Positions 27,810-39,160 of a DNA stretch of 64,000 nt are shown here, piece after piece. The position numbers were made by a program, and so were the translations under genes. The stretch is from positions 682,001 through 746,000 of the forward strand of contig OZ025797.1 of assembly GCA_964019425.1 (NCBI GenBank). The letters are read 5' to 3'. How positions within the stretch are numbered: position 1 is the first letter of the stretch; every line of letters begins with the position of its first letter. The notes under the pieces were generated by a model that was given only the letters and a program-made list of their open reading frames with translations, was not told where the DNA came from and did not search any database. Origin of the DNA: Flectonema sp. DT1601 (taxonomy: Eukaryota).

Positions 27810-30735
27810 TTCTTTTTGTTTTTTTTTTTTTTTTTTTATATTCTTTTTTATTAATTTTGAAAAAAAAAACAATCAGTTTAGCGTCTTGACCAGGACGGAA
27901 AATAGAAAGTAATCGACATAGTCGATCGATGAAAAAAAAACAATGATAACATTGTTTATTCTTTTTTTTTTTTTTTTTTTTTAAATTCTTTTTATTTATT
28001 TTTTAAAAAGAAAAAAAAAACGGAAAATAGAAATTAGTCAACAAAGTCGAACAATAAAAAAAAAAACAATGATAACATTGTTTATTCTTTTTTTTTTATT
28101 TTTTTTTTATATTCTTTTTATTAATTTTGAAAAAAAAAACAATCAGTTTAGCGTCTTGACCAGGACGGAAAATAGAAAGTGATCGACATAGTCGATCGAT
28201 AAAAAAAAACAATGATAACATTGTTTATTCTTTTTTTTTTATTTTTTTTGTATTCTTTTTTATTAATTTTGAAAAAAAACAATCAGTTTAACGTCTTGAC
28301 CAGGACGGAAAATAGAAAGTGATCGACATAGTCGATCGAAAAAAAAAAACAATGATAACATTGTTTATTCTTTATTCTTTTTTTTTTTTTTTTTTTTTTA
28401 AATCCTTCTTATTATTTTTTAAAGAAAAAACAATCAGTTTAGCGTCTTGACCAGGACGGAAAATAGAAAGTAATCGACATAGTCGATCGATAAAATAAAA
28501 ACAATGATAACATTGTTTATTTCTTTTTTCTTTTTTTTTTTATTCTTTTTATTAATTTTAAAGAAAAAACAATCAGTTTAGCGTCCTGACCAGGACGAAA
28601 AATAGAAAGTGATCGACATAGTCGATCGATAAAAAAACAATGATAACATTGTTTATTCTTTTTTTTTTGTTTTTTTTTTTTATTCTTTTTATTTATTTTT
28701 TAAAGAAAAAACAATCAGTTTAGCGTCTTGACCAGGACGGAAAATAGAAATTAGTCGACAAAGTCAATCGATAACAAAACAATGATAACATTGTTTATTC
28801 TTTTTTTTTTTTTTTTTTTTTTTTATTCTTTTTATTTATTTTTTAAAGAAAAAACAATCAGTTTAGCGTCCTGACCAGGACGGAAAATAGAAAGTAATCG
28901 ACATAGTCGATCGATAAAAAAAAACAATGATAACATTGTTTAATCTTTTTTTTTTTTTTTTTTTTTTTATTCTTTTTATTTATTTAGAAAAAACAATCAG
29001 TTTAGCGTCTTGACCGGGACGGAAAATAGAAATTAGTCGACAAAGTCGATCGATAAAAAAACAATGATAACATTGTTTATTCTTTTTTTTTTTTTTTTTT
29101 TTTTTTAAATTCTTTTTATTTATTTTTTAAGAAAAAAAACGGAAAATAGAAATTAGTCGACAAAGTCGAACGATAAAAAAACAATGATAACATTGTTTAT
29201 TCTTTTTTTATTTTTTTTTTTTATAATCTTTTTTATTAATTTTGGAAAAAAAAAAAAAACAATCAGTTTAGCGTCTTGACCAGGACGGAAAATAGAAAGT
29301 AATCGACATAGTCGATCGATAAAAAAACAATGATAACATTGTTTATTCTTTTTTTTTTTTTTTTTTTTTAAATTCTTTTTATTTATTTTTTAAGAGAAAA
29401 AAACGGAAAATAGAAATTAGTCGACAAAGTCGAACGATAAAAAAACAATGATAACATTGTTTATTCTTTTTTTTATTTTTTTTTTTTTATAATCTTTTTT
29501 TATTAATTTTGAAAAAAAAAAAACAATCAGTTTAGCGTCCTGACCAGGACGGAAAATAGAAATTAGTCGACAAAATCGATCGATAAAAAAACAATGATAA
29601 CATTGTTTATTCTTTTTTTTTTTTTTTTTTTTAAATTCTTTTTATTTATTTTTTAAGAGAAAAAAACGGAAAATAGAATTTAGTCGACAAAGTCGAACGA
29701 TAAAAAAACAATGATAACATTGTTTATTCTTTTTTTTATTTTTTTTTTTTTATAATCTTTTTTTATTAATTTTGAAAAAAAAAAAACAATCAGTTTAGCG
29801 TCCTGACCAGGACGGAAAATAGAAATTAGTCGACAAAATCGATCGATAAAAAAACAATGATAACATTGTTTATTCTTTTTTTTTTTTTTTTTTTTAAATT
29901 CTTTTTATTTATTTTTTAAGAGAAAAAAACGGAAAATAGAATTTAGTCGACAAAGTCGAACGATAAAAAAACAATGATAACATTGTTTATTCTTTTTTTT
30001 ATTTTTTTTTTTTTTATATTCTTTTTTATTAATTTTGAAAAAAAAAAAAAAAAAAACAATCAGTTTAGCGTCTTGACCAGGACGGAAAATAGAAAGTAAT
30101 CGACATAGTCGATCGATAAAAAAAACAATGATAACATTGTTTATTCTTTTTTTTTTTTTTTTTTTTTAAATTCTTTTTATTTATTTTTTAAAAAGAAAAA
30201 AAAAACGGAAAATAGAAATTAGTCGACAAAGTCGAACGATAAAAAAACAATGATAACATTGTTTAATCTTTTTTTTATTTTTTCTTTTTTATATTCTTTT
30301 TTATTAATTTTGAAAAAAAAAAAAAAAAACAATCAGTTTAGCGTCTTGACCAGGACGGAAAATAGAAAGTAATCGACATAGTCGATCGATAAAAAAACAA
30401 TGATAACATTGTTTATTCTTTTTTTTTTTTTTTTTTTTTTTAAATTCTTTTTATTTATTTTTTAAGAAAAAAAACGGAAAATAGAAATTAGTCGACAAAG
30501 TCGAACGATAAAAAAACAATGATAACATTGTTTATTCTTTTTTTTTATTTTTTTTTTTTTATATTCTTTTTTATTAATTTTGGGAAAAAAAAAAAAAAAC
30601 AATCAGTTTAGCGTCTTGACCAGGACGGAAAATAGAAAGTAATCGACATAGTCGATCGATAAAAATACAATGATAACATTGTTTAATCTTTTATAATTTT
30701 TTATTTTTTTTTTGTTTTAAAAAAAAAAAAAAAAC
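27810..30735. repeat. Second satellite, ~21 units of ~120-150 bp made of short hairpins plus poly(T), with long (A) and short (B) variants
   Basis: Unit A: (A)n-caatcagtttagcgtcttgaccaggacggaaaatagaaagtaatcgacatagtcgatcgat-(A)n-caatgataacattgtttattc-(T)n. Unit B lacks the aatcag...ccagg segment. A and B alternate regularly from ~29000 to 30700. Confidence 0.95.
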
Positions 30736-30929
30736 AAGCGGAATTGATCATAATGGGTGGTAGGGGTTGTTATAACTTCGTTTGAAAATTCTTCTTTTTT
30801 GATTTCTTTTTTTTTTTTCTTTTTACAGGAGTTAAGATCACTGTCAGGAGACAACACATTAACAAGAGCAGCAAGCAGAGTTGACACTATCAATTCAAAT
30901 TTGAAATACCGGGAATTAATTTACAAGGA

Positions 30930-31029
30930 GGTATCTCAAGTGACTTGGTATCTCTAGCGTGTCGGTATCTCTGGAGTGCTGGTATCTCGTATGTGCGTTG
31001 GTATCTCATGAGTGATGGTATCTCTTGTG
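30930..31029 (+). repeat. Mini-array of six GGTATCTC motifs, period 17 bp (one 19), with variable GTG-containing spacers
   Basis: GGTATCTC starts at 30930, 30947, 30964, 30981, 31000 and 31017. Confidence 0.9.
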
Positions 31030-31082
31030 CATTTAGAGAAACGAAAAAGAATGTCATGACCATGACGGAAGAATTGAGATTT

Positions 31083-31250
31083 CATTCTTTCTTTTCTCTC
31101 CTGTTGTGACAAACACAAAATACACACACAGCTTACAGTGTGTTCTTTGTGTATGTTTTCTTCAGGTGTGAGTAGTTTTTTTGTTCTTGCTCTTCAGGGA
31201 GGGCCTTAGCCAAAAGCTAACAGTCCAAATCTCACCTGGAAATTCAACTC
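31083..31250 (-). repeat. Inverted ~168-bp fragment of the 1356-bp monomer
   Basis: Reverse complement of monomer positions ~1260-1356 plus 1-71 (gagttgaatttccagg...ggagagaaaagaaagaatg). Confidence 0.93.
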
Positions 31251-31492
31251 GAGAAAAAAAACAATCAGTTTAGCGTCTTGACCAGGACGGAAAATAGAAA
31301 GTAATCGACATAGTCGATCGATAAAAAAAACAATGATAACATTGTTTATTCTTTTTTTTTTTTTTTTTAATTTTTTTTTATTTATTTTTTAAGAAAAAAA
31401 AAACGGAAAATAGAAATTAGTCGACAAAGTCGAACGATAAAAAAACAATGATAACATTGTTTATTCTTTTTTTTTTTATTTTTTTTTTATAT
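31251..31492. repeat. Two further units (A+B) of the second satellite
   Basis: Same unit sequence and orientation as 27810-30735. Confidence 0.93.
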
Positions 31493-33471
31493 GAGGCGGT
31501 TTTTAAACCCCCCCCGCAAACCCGCAAAATCAAGTTACCCCCTAGGGTAGGGGGGGGGTACAAGCTGTCGATAAAGTACTTTTTCCGAATTTTGGTAAAT
31601 ATAACCTTCCCGGGGGCAAAAAATACCCAGGACCCCATCAGAACCCCCAAAAATGTGATTTCGGGGCCGAAAAAACCTCGATTTGGCTGATTTCGGCAAA
31701 GGAATGAAAAATCTCAAAAAGTGTGGACCGTGTGGTACCTGGGAGTCCAATTTTGAGGCCTGTGAAATGCACCTTCAAATAATTTTTTTTTACAATGAGA
31801 AGAGGTGACCTTAGTGTGTCCCTGTGCACGCAGTGTGCTAATATACCATTTCGGAGTTGGATTTCCAGGTGAGATTTGGACTGTTAGCTTTTGGCTAAGG
31901 CCCTCCCTGAAGAGCAAGAACAAAAAAACTACTCACACCTGAAGAAAACATACACAAAGAACACACTGTAAGCTGTGTGTGTATTTTGTGTTTGTCACAA
32001 CAGGAGAGAAAAGAAAGAATGTCAAGGTTGGTCACCTTGCCTATCAACGCACAACATTGGTGGTCTCTACTAGACCCTGAGTGATCCCACTGGATCTCTC
32101 ATCGTTCATAGTACCCTGTGTGAAGTTATAAAATCAAAGGTAAACTATGAACTACAAATGACTTAGCCTGTTATTATAATGCCACAGGCAGGCCCTGCAT
32201 TCAGCAACTATCCAGCAGTGCTTGGATGTCCTGATCTTCTTCTAAAAAAAAGAAAGAAAAACAAAACTGTAGCTGGGATCACTCAGGATCAACAGACTAC
32301 CAATGCTACCTGTTGTACTTGCTCACTATGGGGGGTGATGCCAAACACCCAGAAGTACTTAACTACTTTCCTTCTTGCTGCCCAGGAGTTTCTGACCAGA
32401 ACTAATAGAAAATAAAAAGTAGATGGGAAACAATAAAAAGTAAAATGCATATAACTGAAGTTAAACAAGACAAATGAAGTAACAGATCAGAACAGATAGG
32501 GAATAAAAAGAAAAGATAAGCAAGCGTTATTGTAGTAAAAGATAACAAATAAACAAATGCAAGTATCAACACATGGTTTAATTACACCAGCAGCTAACAA
32601 ACAACATAAAATTGAAGATCAGTTGCCAGAGTATTTCAACCATGGTAGAATACTCGCCCCTCTGGCAGGGATTATCCCAGACTTGTCCTTTAATCTAGTT
32701 GGACACCATGGCTTACAACCCTTCCAGAGGGAAGCACCATTATGACTTCTATTTTTTTTCTTCAAGAAAATCATAAGGTGGGAACAAAGAAAAATGCTAA
32801 GAGGAACCCCCTATAGTATCAGTTTCCGCTTCAAGAACACGCCACGAAAAAGAGTAGCACTCTCGAGCGGCCATGCTTGAGGCCACGAGGCTCACGGGCA
32901 GGATAACGCAGCGGACAGAAAGAAGCACAGCTTCGGGCCGAATTTCGAAACCTGAGCACATGGGATGTTCAAGAGAAGGCCAGTAGCCTAAACATCGGAC
33001 AAGGGGGAATTAACACGCCGGGTCTCGTGTAGCATATAATTAAGGTTCAAATCAGGTCGATAAAAATAAAAATTGAGTTCCCATTTCATTCCCCACTCAA
33101 CTTAGAGGGAAACCCCGGTTATGGATTGCTCAATGCACGGAATTACTTGTAATTTTTGTGAGCCCTCCTAACACACCCCTTGTTTTCACCCCCCTCAGGT
33201 ACCACACGGTCCACACTTTTTGAGATTTTTCAAAGACTTGCTCTAAAGTGCCGAAGAACTGTTTCTTTGGATCGCAATCCCCATTTTTGGGGTATATGTT
33301 GCAGTTTTCATAATTTGGGTGCCCAAAAAACTTGTTCTCCGGAAAAAAATCGAAAGTGCCCAAAATCTCCGTAAAATCGATGCTTGTACCCCCCCCCCCC
33401 TAGGGGGGGGGGGGGGGGGGGGGGGGTAAATTAAGGAGGGGAAATTTGGATTTATGCAGTTTTGACACCTC
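31493..33471. mobile_element. Putative non-autonomous DNA transposon with long imperfect terminal inverted repeats; family unassigned
   Basis: Perfect 37-bp inverted pair tgaaaaatctcaaaaagtgtggaccgtgtggtacctg (31705-31741) / caggtaccacacggtccacactttttgagatttttca (33196-33232). A second inverted pair is ttacccccta...ggggtacaagc (31535-31565) / gcttgtacccc...ctagggg...ggtaa (33382-33429). Outermost GAGG...CCTC. No transposase ORF; exact ends uncertain. Confidence 0.6.
31854..32814 (+). repeat. Single, partly diverged ~960-bp copy of the array monomer (monomer positions ~1260-1356 + 1-838)
   Basis: The same 78-aa and 62-aa ORF markers recur at 32179 and 32557 with substitutions. Patch 32480-32585 is diverged and 26 bp longer. 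Monomer positions ~839-1259 are missing. Confidence 0.95.
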
Positions 33472-33800
33472 TTACCTTATATCCTTGCTCTGTTCACAGA
33501 TTTAGCTGCTAATATACCAAAAAAGACCCCAAAAAAACCCAGACTGGTTACTAGCTTTTTTAATTAAAATTTTTTTTTTTTACTCCCTTCAAGTAATTTT
33601 TTTTTTTTTTTTTTTACATTCTGAGAGAATAAATTTTTTTTCAAAAAATTCAAAAAAAATGCTTTCAAGCTCCACAGTGCCAGTTTCTCAATTTTCTACT
33701 GCTTTATTTTCAACAACTTTCCATTTTTTTTCTAAAAAAATTCCAAAAAAATACCAAAAATGTCCAAAAATGAGGTATTTTTTGTTTGAAAATTTTTTTT

Positions 33801-33911
33801 CAAAAAAGCTAAAAAAAAGCTAAAAAAAGCTAAAAAAAGCTAAAAAAAGCTAAAAAAAGCTAAATAGCTTTAGCTTAGCTCTAAAAAGCTTAGCTTTAGC
33901 TTTAGCTTTTT
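33801..33911. repeat. (A7GCT)n run followed by its near reverse complement (TTTAGC)n
   Basis: About six aaaaaaagct units, then tagctttagcttagc...ttagctttagctttagcttttt. Confidence 0.85.
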
Positions 33912-34322
33912 GCACAAGTATGTGTGAATGCACCAGAATCGCCAGACAGTGCTCATATGTTCTGTTCCAGACGAGGAACCTCCCCACGTGGCATTCAAGA
34001 CCACTAATGCGCAGCATTAAAGAAGAACCTGCCACTGCAAGTTTTATAAAAGATGGTAAAGAAATCTTCCCTGTGGAAGAAGTCAAAATCCACAAAGTAA
34101 CAAAACTGAAAACGATCGAAAAGCTCACCATTGAAAGATCGTGGCTTGAGAAATGTTTTATCTGGCAAACTTGTTACGCATCGGCTCTTTCTATTCTACT
34201 AATTGCCAATGGTTCTTCCTCCCCGGCCCCTTCTTTTTTGTTAGATGAGGATGAGCTCACTGGACTCTCCTTGTCATTCTCTTCTATTTCTTCCATCTCT
34301 TTCCAGACTCCCCCAGAACTCA

Positions 34323-34673
34323 ATTTTTTTCAAAGAATTGTTGATTTTAAGCAAGTAAATTGTAGGTGAAACCTACACTCTGCCGTATTACATTATACCC
34401 TGGTTTTGGTTTCCCAGGGCTCACGATTAATTCAAAATTGAATAACTCGATTCCGTACTGCACTGAATGACAACACGGAAAAAGAGATGTGTATGCAGCT
34501 AAGTTAGAAACATTTATTATAATGTAAAGTATTTACGTCAATCGCAGTGTGTATACCTACACTAACATTACCTTTAGTCACTGTATCTCAGAACTAATGT
34601 TAAATTATCGTTATGTTGTCTATGATACAAAACATTTGTATTTTACGTACAAACTCGAACAGTTAACCCCCCA
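34323..34673 (+). repeat. Dispersed ~350-bp repeat, copy 1
   Basis: Matches 35589-35939 at offset 1266 with about three mismatches. Confidence 0.93.
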
Positions 34674-35588
34674 TCACTCTGTACCCAGGTTGAAGCTTCG
34701 CGACAACCCGTTTGTGAGCAGAGTACAGGTGCAAATATACGCAAGCAAATTTGTGCCCGGCGCAACGCGCCTAGGATGTGTATCCAGTTACTGATTAGTC
34801 AACTATGGATACAATACATCCAAATGTTAGCTCTTGTTATTAATAATTCTTTACATCTCCTTTTATTTTGAGACAGAAACTTGATCATTAAACACCTTTA
34901 GTTCTAATCACAATAGTGACCATAAAAAGATCAATCCATGACTACTAATCAATACACGGATATTCCGGAGTTACAATGGAATTTCTCTGATCTAACTTTA
35001 GGCAGCATTGGTCGTAGCGGCGTTCTCTTCCCACGTGCATAAACGAAATTATGTCACGGAAAATGAAATAAAAATAAAGAACAGAATGTAGGATTTCAAA
35101 GGACGCATAAAATCAAGTTTCTTTGTCAGTTACCTGAGTTGGCCCGTAGCCCCTTTGAATTAGGACAACATTTAGAGATAAATATTATTGTAATTCGTAT
35201 AATTCAAATAATGTAAATCTAACTGTCTTACGTCATTTTGTTTTCTTTATCGAAAGAAAGTACATTCCTGTTACATAAACTACAGGTAGGAAATACTGAG
35301 GTAACCCTTAACCATGAAGGTCAATTTTGTGAGAACTCTAACATGTTCGCGTATAGAACATAGAGGGACACGGATGATTGTTTTCTTTTTGAATACATTC
35401 CCCACTCTGGACTTTGCCAATTAAATGTCTTAACCCAAAACCCGTCGATGCCGTCACCCCAACATTATTTGTTGGATTATGCAACCCCCTCAGATTTTCT
35501 AACTGAATTCTGGATAACGCTACCATAATTTATTTAAGGTGAGTGCTCCGCTAGTAGTGTGCTACGAACTAGCAATTTTTGCTAACAT

Positions 35589-35939
35589 ATTTTTTTCAAA
35601 GAATTGTTGATTTTAAGCAAGTAAATTGTAGGTGAAACCTACACTCTGCCGTATTACATTATACCCTGGTTTTGGTTTCCCAGGGCTCACGATTAATTCA
35701 AAATTGAATAACTCGATTCCGTACTGCACTGAATGACAACACGGAAAAAGAGATGTGTATGCAGCTAAGTTAGAAACATTTATTATAATGTAAAGTATTT
35801 ACGTCAATCGCAGAGTGTATACCTACACTAACATTACCTTTAGTCACTGTATCTCAGAACTAATGTTAAATTATCGTTATGTTGTCTATGATACAAAACG
35901 TTTGTATTTTACGTACAAACTCGAACAGTTAATCCCCCA
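35589..35939 (+). repeat. Dispersed ~350-bp repeat, copy 2, ending just before the ATG at 35946
   Basis: Near-identical to 34323-34673; ends ...cagttaatcccccAG aactc ATG. Confidence 0.93.
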
Positions 35940-35945
35940 GAACTC

Positions 35946-37540
35946 ATGTCTACGGGATCGCAAACGCTTCCTACTGATTTTGCTATGGTGATAAGATGTC
36001 AATCTGACATTGGTTCTCAAACCCCCTTGTACAAAGAAAAAGAAGGAAGATTAAGGCTGAAACTTTCCTTGAAATGCCAAATTTTAGAAAACGAATTAGA
36101 ACAAATGAAAGAACGAATTTTTTATGTTCTATTTTTATTTTACTTTAATGCGATGTCAGCCTCCCTCGAGAAAGACAAGCAGTTACTAAATGGATTACCT
36201 GTTGAGATCAAAGCTACCAACCAGGATCCATCCTCACTTCCTCCTGTGCCCCCTGTTTTAATTATTGAAAAAGATAGAAAAGAATATGAACTTCTGGAAG
36301 GAGTAATTCAAAGGTTAACAGCAGAACGCGATGAATCGAAGACTTCTCTTCTTGCACTAGTTCGACAATATGACTTAGTGGAAGATTACAGGAAACGTGA
36401 GCTCGCAAATCTGACTCAGAGAGCAGACCTATCGGAATTGGCGCTCTTCAATTACCATCAAAGGTTTGTTCTTCTGTCGAACGAATTGGAGACCAAATGT
36501 AATGAGGAAAGAGAAAGTAAAATAAGACTTTTCTATACTCAACAGGAGGTCGAGAGGAACTGAGAGGGAAGGAGACTGAGTTGAACAAGAAAAAAAGTTT
36601 CGAAACTCGTTTAGCCGAGGTCGGTAGGCACGCAGATCTTTTATGGAAGCAAGAGACTGTTAAAGAGCTCAATGTGGATGAGGAACAAGCTCTGAAGATC
36701 TACAATGCAATCGCCACCCTTGAAGGAGAAGTTGCACAGTTGAAGGAGAACATCGCAAAAGCCGAGGCCCGAATCGGAGACCTGGCAGGAGAAGTCGCAA
36801 CGAAGACGGAACCAATATTCAAGAATCGGCTTTCAACTGGTGGACCTAACTTCAAGAGACACAAACCGGAGTCCGATTTTGAGGCAAACATCAGCGTTCA
36901 TGGAGGGGACGTGATAAATTACACAGCAGGAAGGTTATCCGAGAGTGACGTTGCCAAAATCAACAAAGTGCTCAGCGCCTGCACGCATGCCAATTGGGAT
37001 CCAAAAATTGAGGCGTCCGAGATCCCCATTGTTGGTGAAATTAGGTCTTTAACAGACCTTTTCGAAGCAGCAAGCTGCCAGCATGGCGTACCTCTTGGAT
37101 GTCTTTCTGTTGAGAATCGCCCTGATTATTCCTTGGGTTATTCGTACTATCACACTTTTGATAATGACGAAAAAGTAACAATAAATGTTACTTCTGCCCG
37201 TCCAGACTTCCTGATTTACCAAACACCTACCGAACAGGATCTCCAGGTAGAATGCCAGACCCTGTTGGATTCGGAACTCCCAATAATCGTTGTCGAAGTG
37301 CAGTCTGGTGGAAAAGATGAAAAGTTTGGATACGTACAGTTGCGTCTTGCGCTCCATGGATTAGCTCAGCGGATGAATGACGAACGTAAGGTCTTTGGGT
37401 TGTACATCAGGAAGATAAATGGGGAACTTGGCCCCGCAACCCTCATGAAGTTAGAAAAAAATGTTGTTCACATCGATGGCGAATTTGCTCTCAAGACTAT
37501 CCCGAACCTCTGTGTGGAAGTGCTTAAACGCTGTGATTGA
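35946..37540 (+). pseudogene. Coiled-coil protein with a C-terminal PD-(D/E)xK (restriction-endonuclease-fold) nuclease-like domain, split by one frameshift near 36550 (pseudogene or assembly error)
   Basis: The 205-aa and 319-aa ORFs are in different frames. The second frame is open back across the first stop (EELRGKETELNKKK), so the heptad-rich helix continues. C-terminal motifs SARPDFLIY...PIIVVEVQSG...GYVQLRLAL fit the PD...E-x-(K/Q)...Q pattern. Confidence 0.6.
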
Positions 37541-37996
37541 AAACCTTCTTTTCATATCATTGTGCCTGTACGGTACCGGTACCATTACAAGAAAGTGTGT
37601 GTCACTCAGTCTCACTTCTTGCTGGATAGATTTCACCTATAAAAATAGACAGTCAAGCCTTCTTTAAGAATGCTCCCAAAAAAGAATCTCCGATGCCCAT
37701 TTAGTTGTCAAAGTAACATGTATGGCAAACTGAACAGGTTTGACATCGCACAGCACACCAGCACCAACGGTACCATCTGGATATCACTCACTTTTTTCAC
37801 TAGAATTCACACATTTTCACATTTTCACGGGATTTCACTACCAGAAAGCAGCAAAAAACTAAGTGAAAAATCGTGAATTTTCGTGTAGCAAAGTGAAAAA
37901 TCGTGAACACCTCCACCCTGCCGATCGCCTCACGCCGGCTAGTGCGGGTTCGGCGGGCGTTCCTTGCGGGCTAGGCGACGGTCTCAGCCCCAACTC

Positions 37997-39160
37997 ATGT
38001 CAAACGGAGAAGATCATAAGATTGTAATAGGAAAGCTTCTGAAGCATTCCGAAGAACGATCTGTTCTCAAGGGTCACGATTCGCTATGGAGGGAACCTGA
38101 TAGATGTGATTTTTCTCAGAATATTTTGGACGTTCTTGCACCACGTGTCTCTTGACCGCCTGCCAATGTTGATTGAAGCACAGCTAGCTTGTACTGTCAG
38201 CATCATTGCCTCTAACCCGCACATCATTTGAGGTGGGTGTTACAGTGGCACCAACTGCGCAACAGCTGTACAAGCACCCACCGAAGGGACGTAAGCACCT
38301 CGTTGACAATGTGGTGGCCCAAACGAAGATCCCACAACGGAACGCATCAACCGTTGTATACAAAAATGACTTCCAGGGATGAACTACTGAACAGGATTGC
38401 ATACTTTCAGGGTCAAAGGAGAGCTGTTTCTGGGATGCGATTTAACGAGTACCAATCCTTACTCATACGTTGGAGGAGGAGATGTGGGAATGACCCGAGT
38501 GACGTGAATGCAAATGATAATGTCTGGTGGGTTGCAGGGGTTCATGAAAAGTAGTAGCACTACCGATATGTGCTAGTCGGTTGATATCAAAGGAAGCGAT
38601 ACATTGTTGGCCCATGGCGTGAGCGAGGTGCGACTTATAATGTTGTCGCCCCCGTTGTCTACAGTTTTGCAGACAACTGGGGCGTGTTCAAGGTGTATGC
38701 TGATGGAAATCGTCAGAAGAGCTTGTTGTATGCCTTTTGCCCGCCACTTCAGCTCAGAAGCCAACCGAAATTTTGCTTCGAGGATAGAGGAGTTGCTGGG
38801 AACTCTACAAGCTGCCCACTAGAATGCCGCGATATAACACTGAACAATTTATTTACAACTCTGATCGATAACAAGCCAGCTGTACTACTTAAGTTCTGCT
38901 GTGCAAGGCAGCACCGAAATTCAGTATGAGGGATCCCCGGAGTCTTTTGAGGCATCGTGGATTAACGCGTTATATACCCGAGCCCATTAATGACCTCTAT
39001 GGTTTTCTGGTGTCAAACTTGGATATGCAAACCTGCCAATCCATTTCAATGGCCGCAGAATGCTTCAAACAGAAGAAGATGATCACATTTGGAGATTGAA
39101 ACACCGTCAACTGAATGCCAAATCTACCAGGAAACCCATCTCTCATTCACTTTGCCTTTT
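37997..39160 (+). pseudogene. Decayed coding sequence, possibly a Merlin/ISXO2-like DDE transposase relic
   Basis: GC-richer coding-like stretch with stops and frameshifts. Fragments MRFNE / WWVAGVHE / VDIKGSDTLL / FADNWGVF occur in the order of the Merlin motifs DE / WVxGxxE / VxDRxxxTL / sDxWxxY. Weak visual match only. Confidence 0.22.

Noticed and set aside
33850..34369. 149-aa (+) and 93-aa (-) ORFs
   Set aside because: No motifs, and they overlap simple and dispersed repeats. At most a decayed gene fragment.
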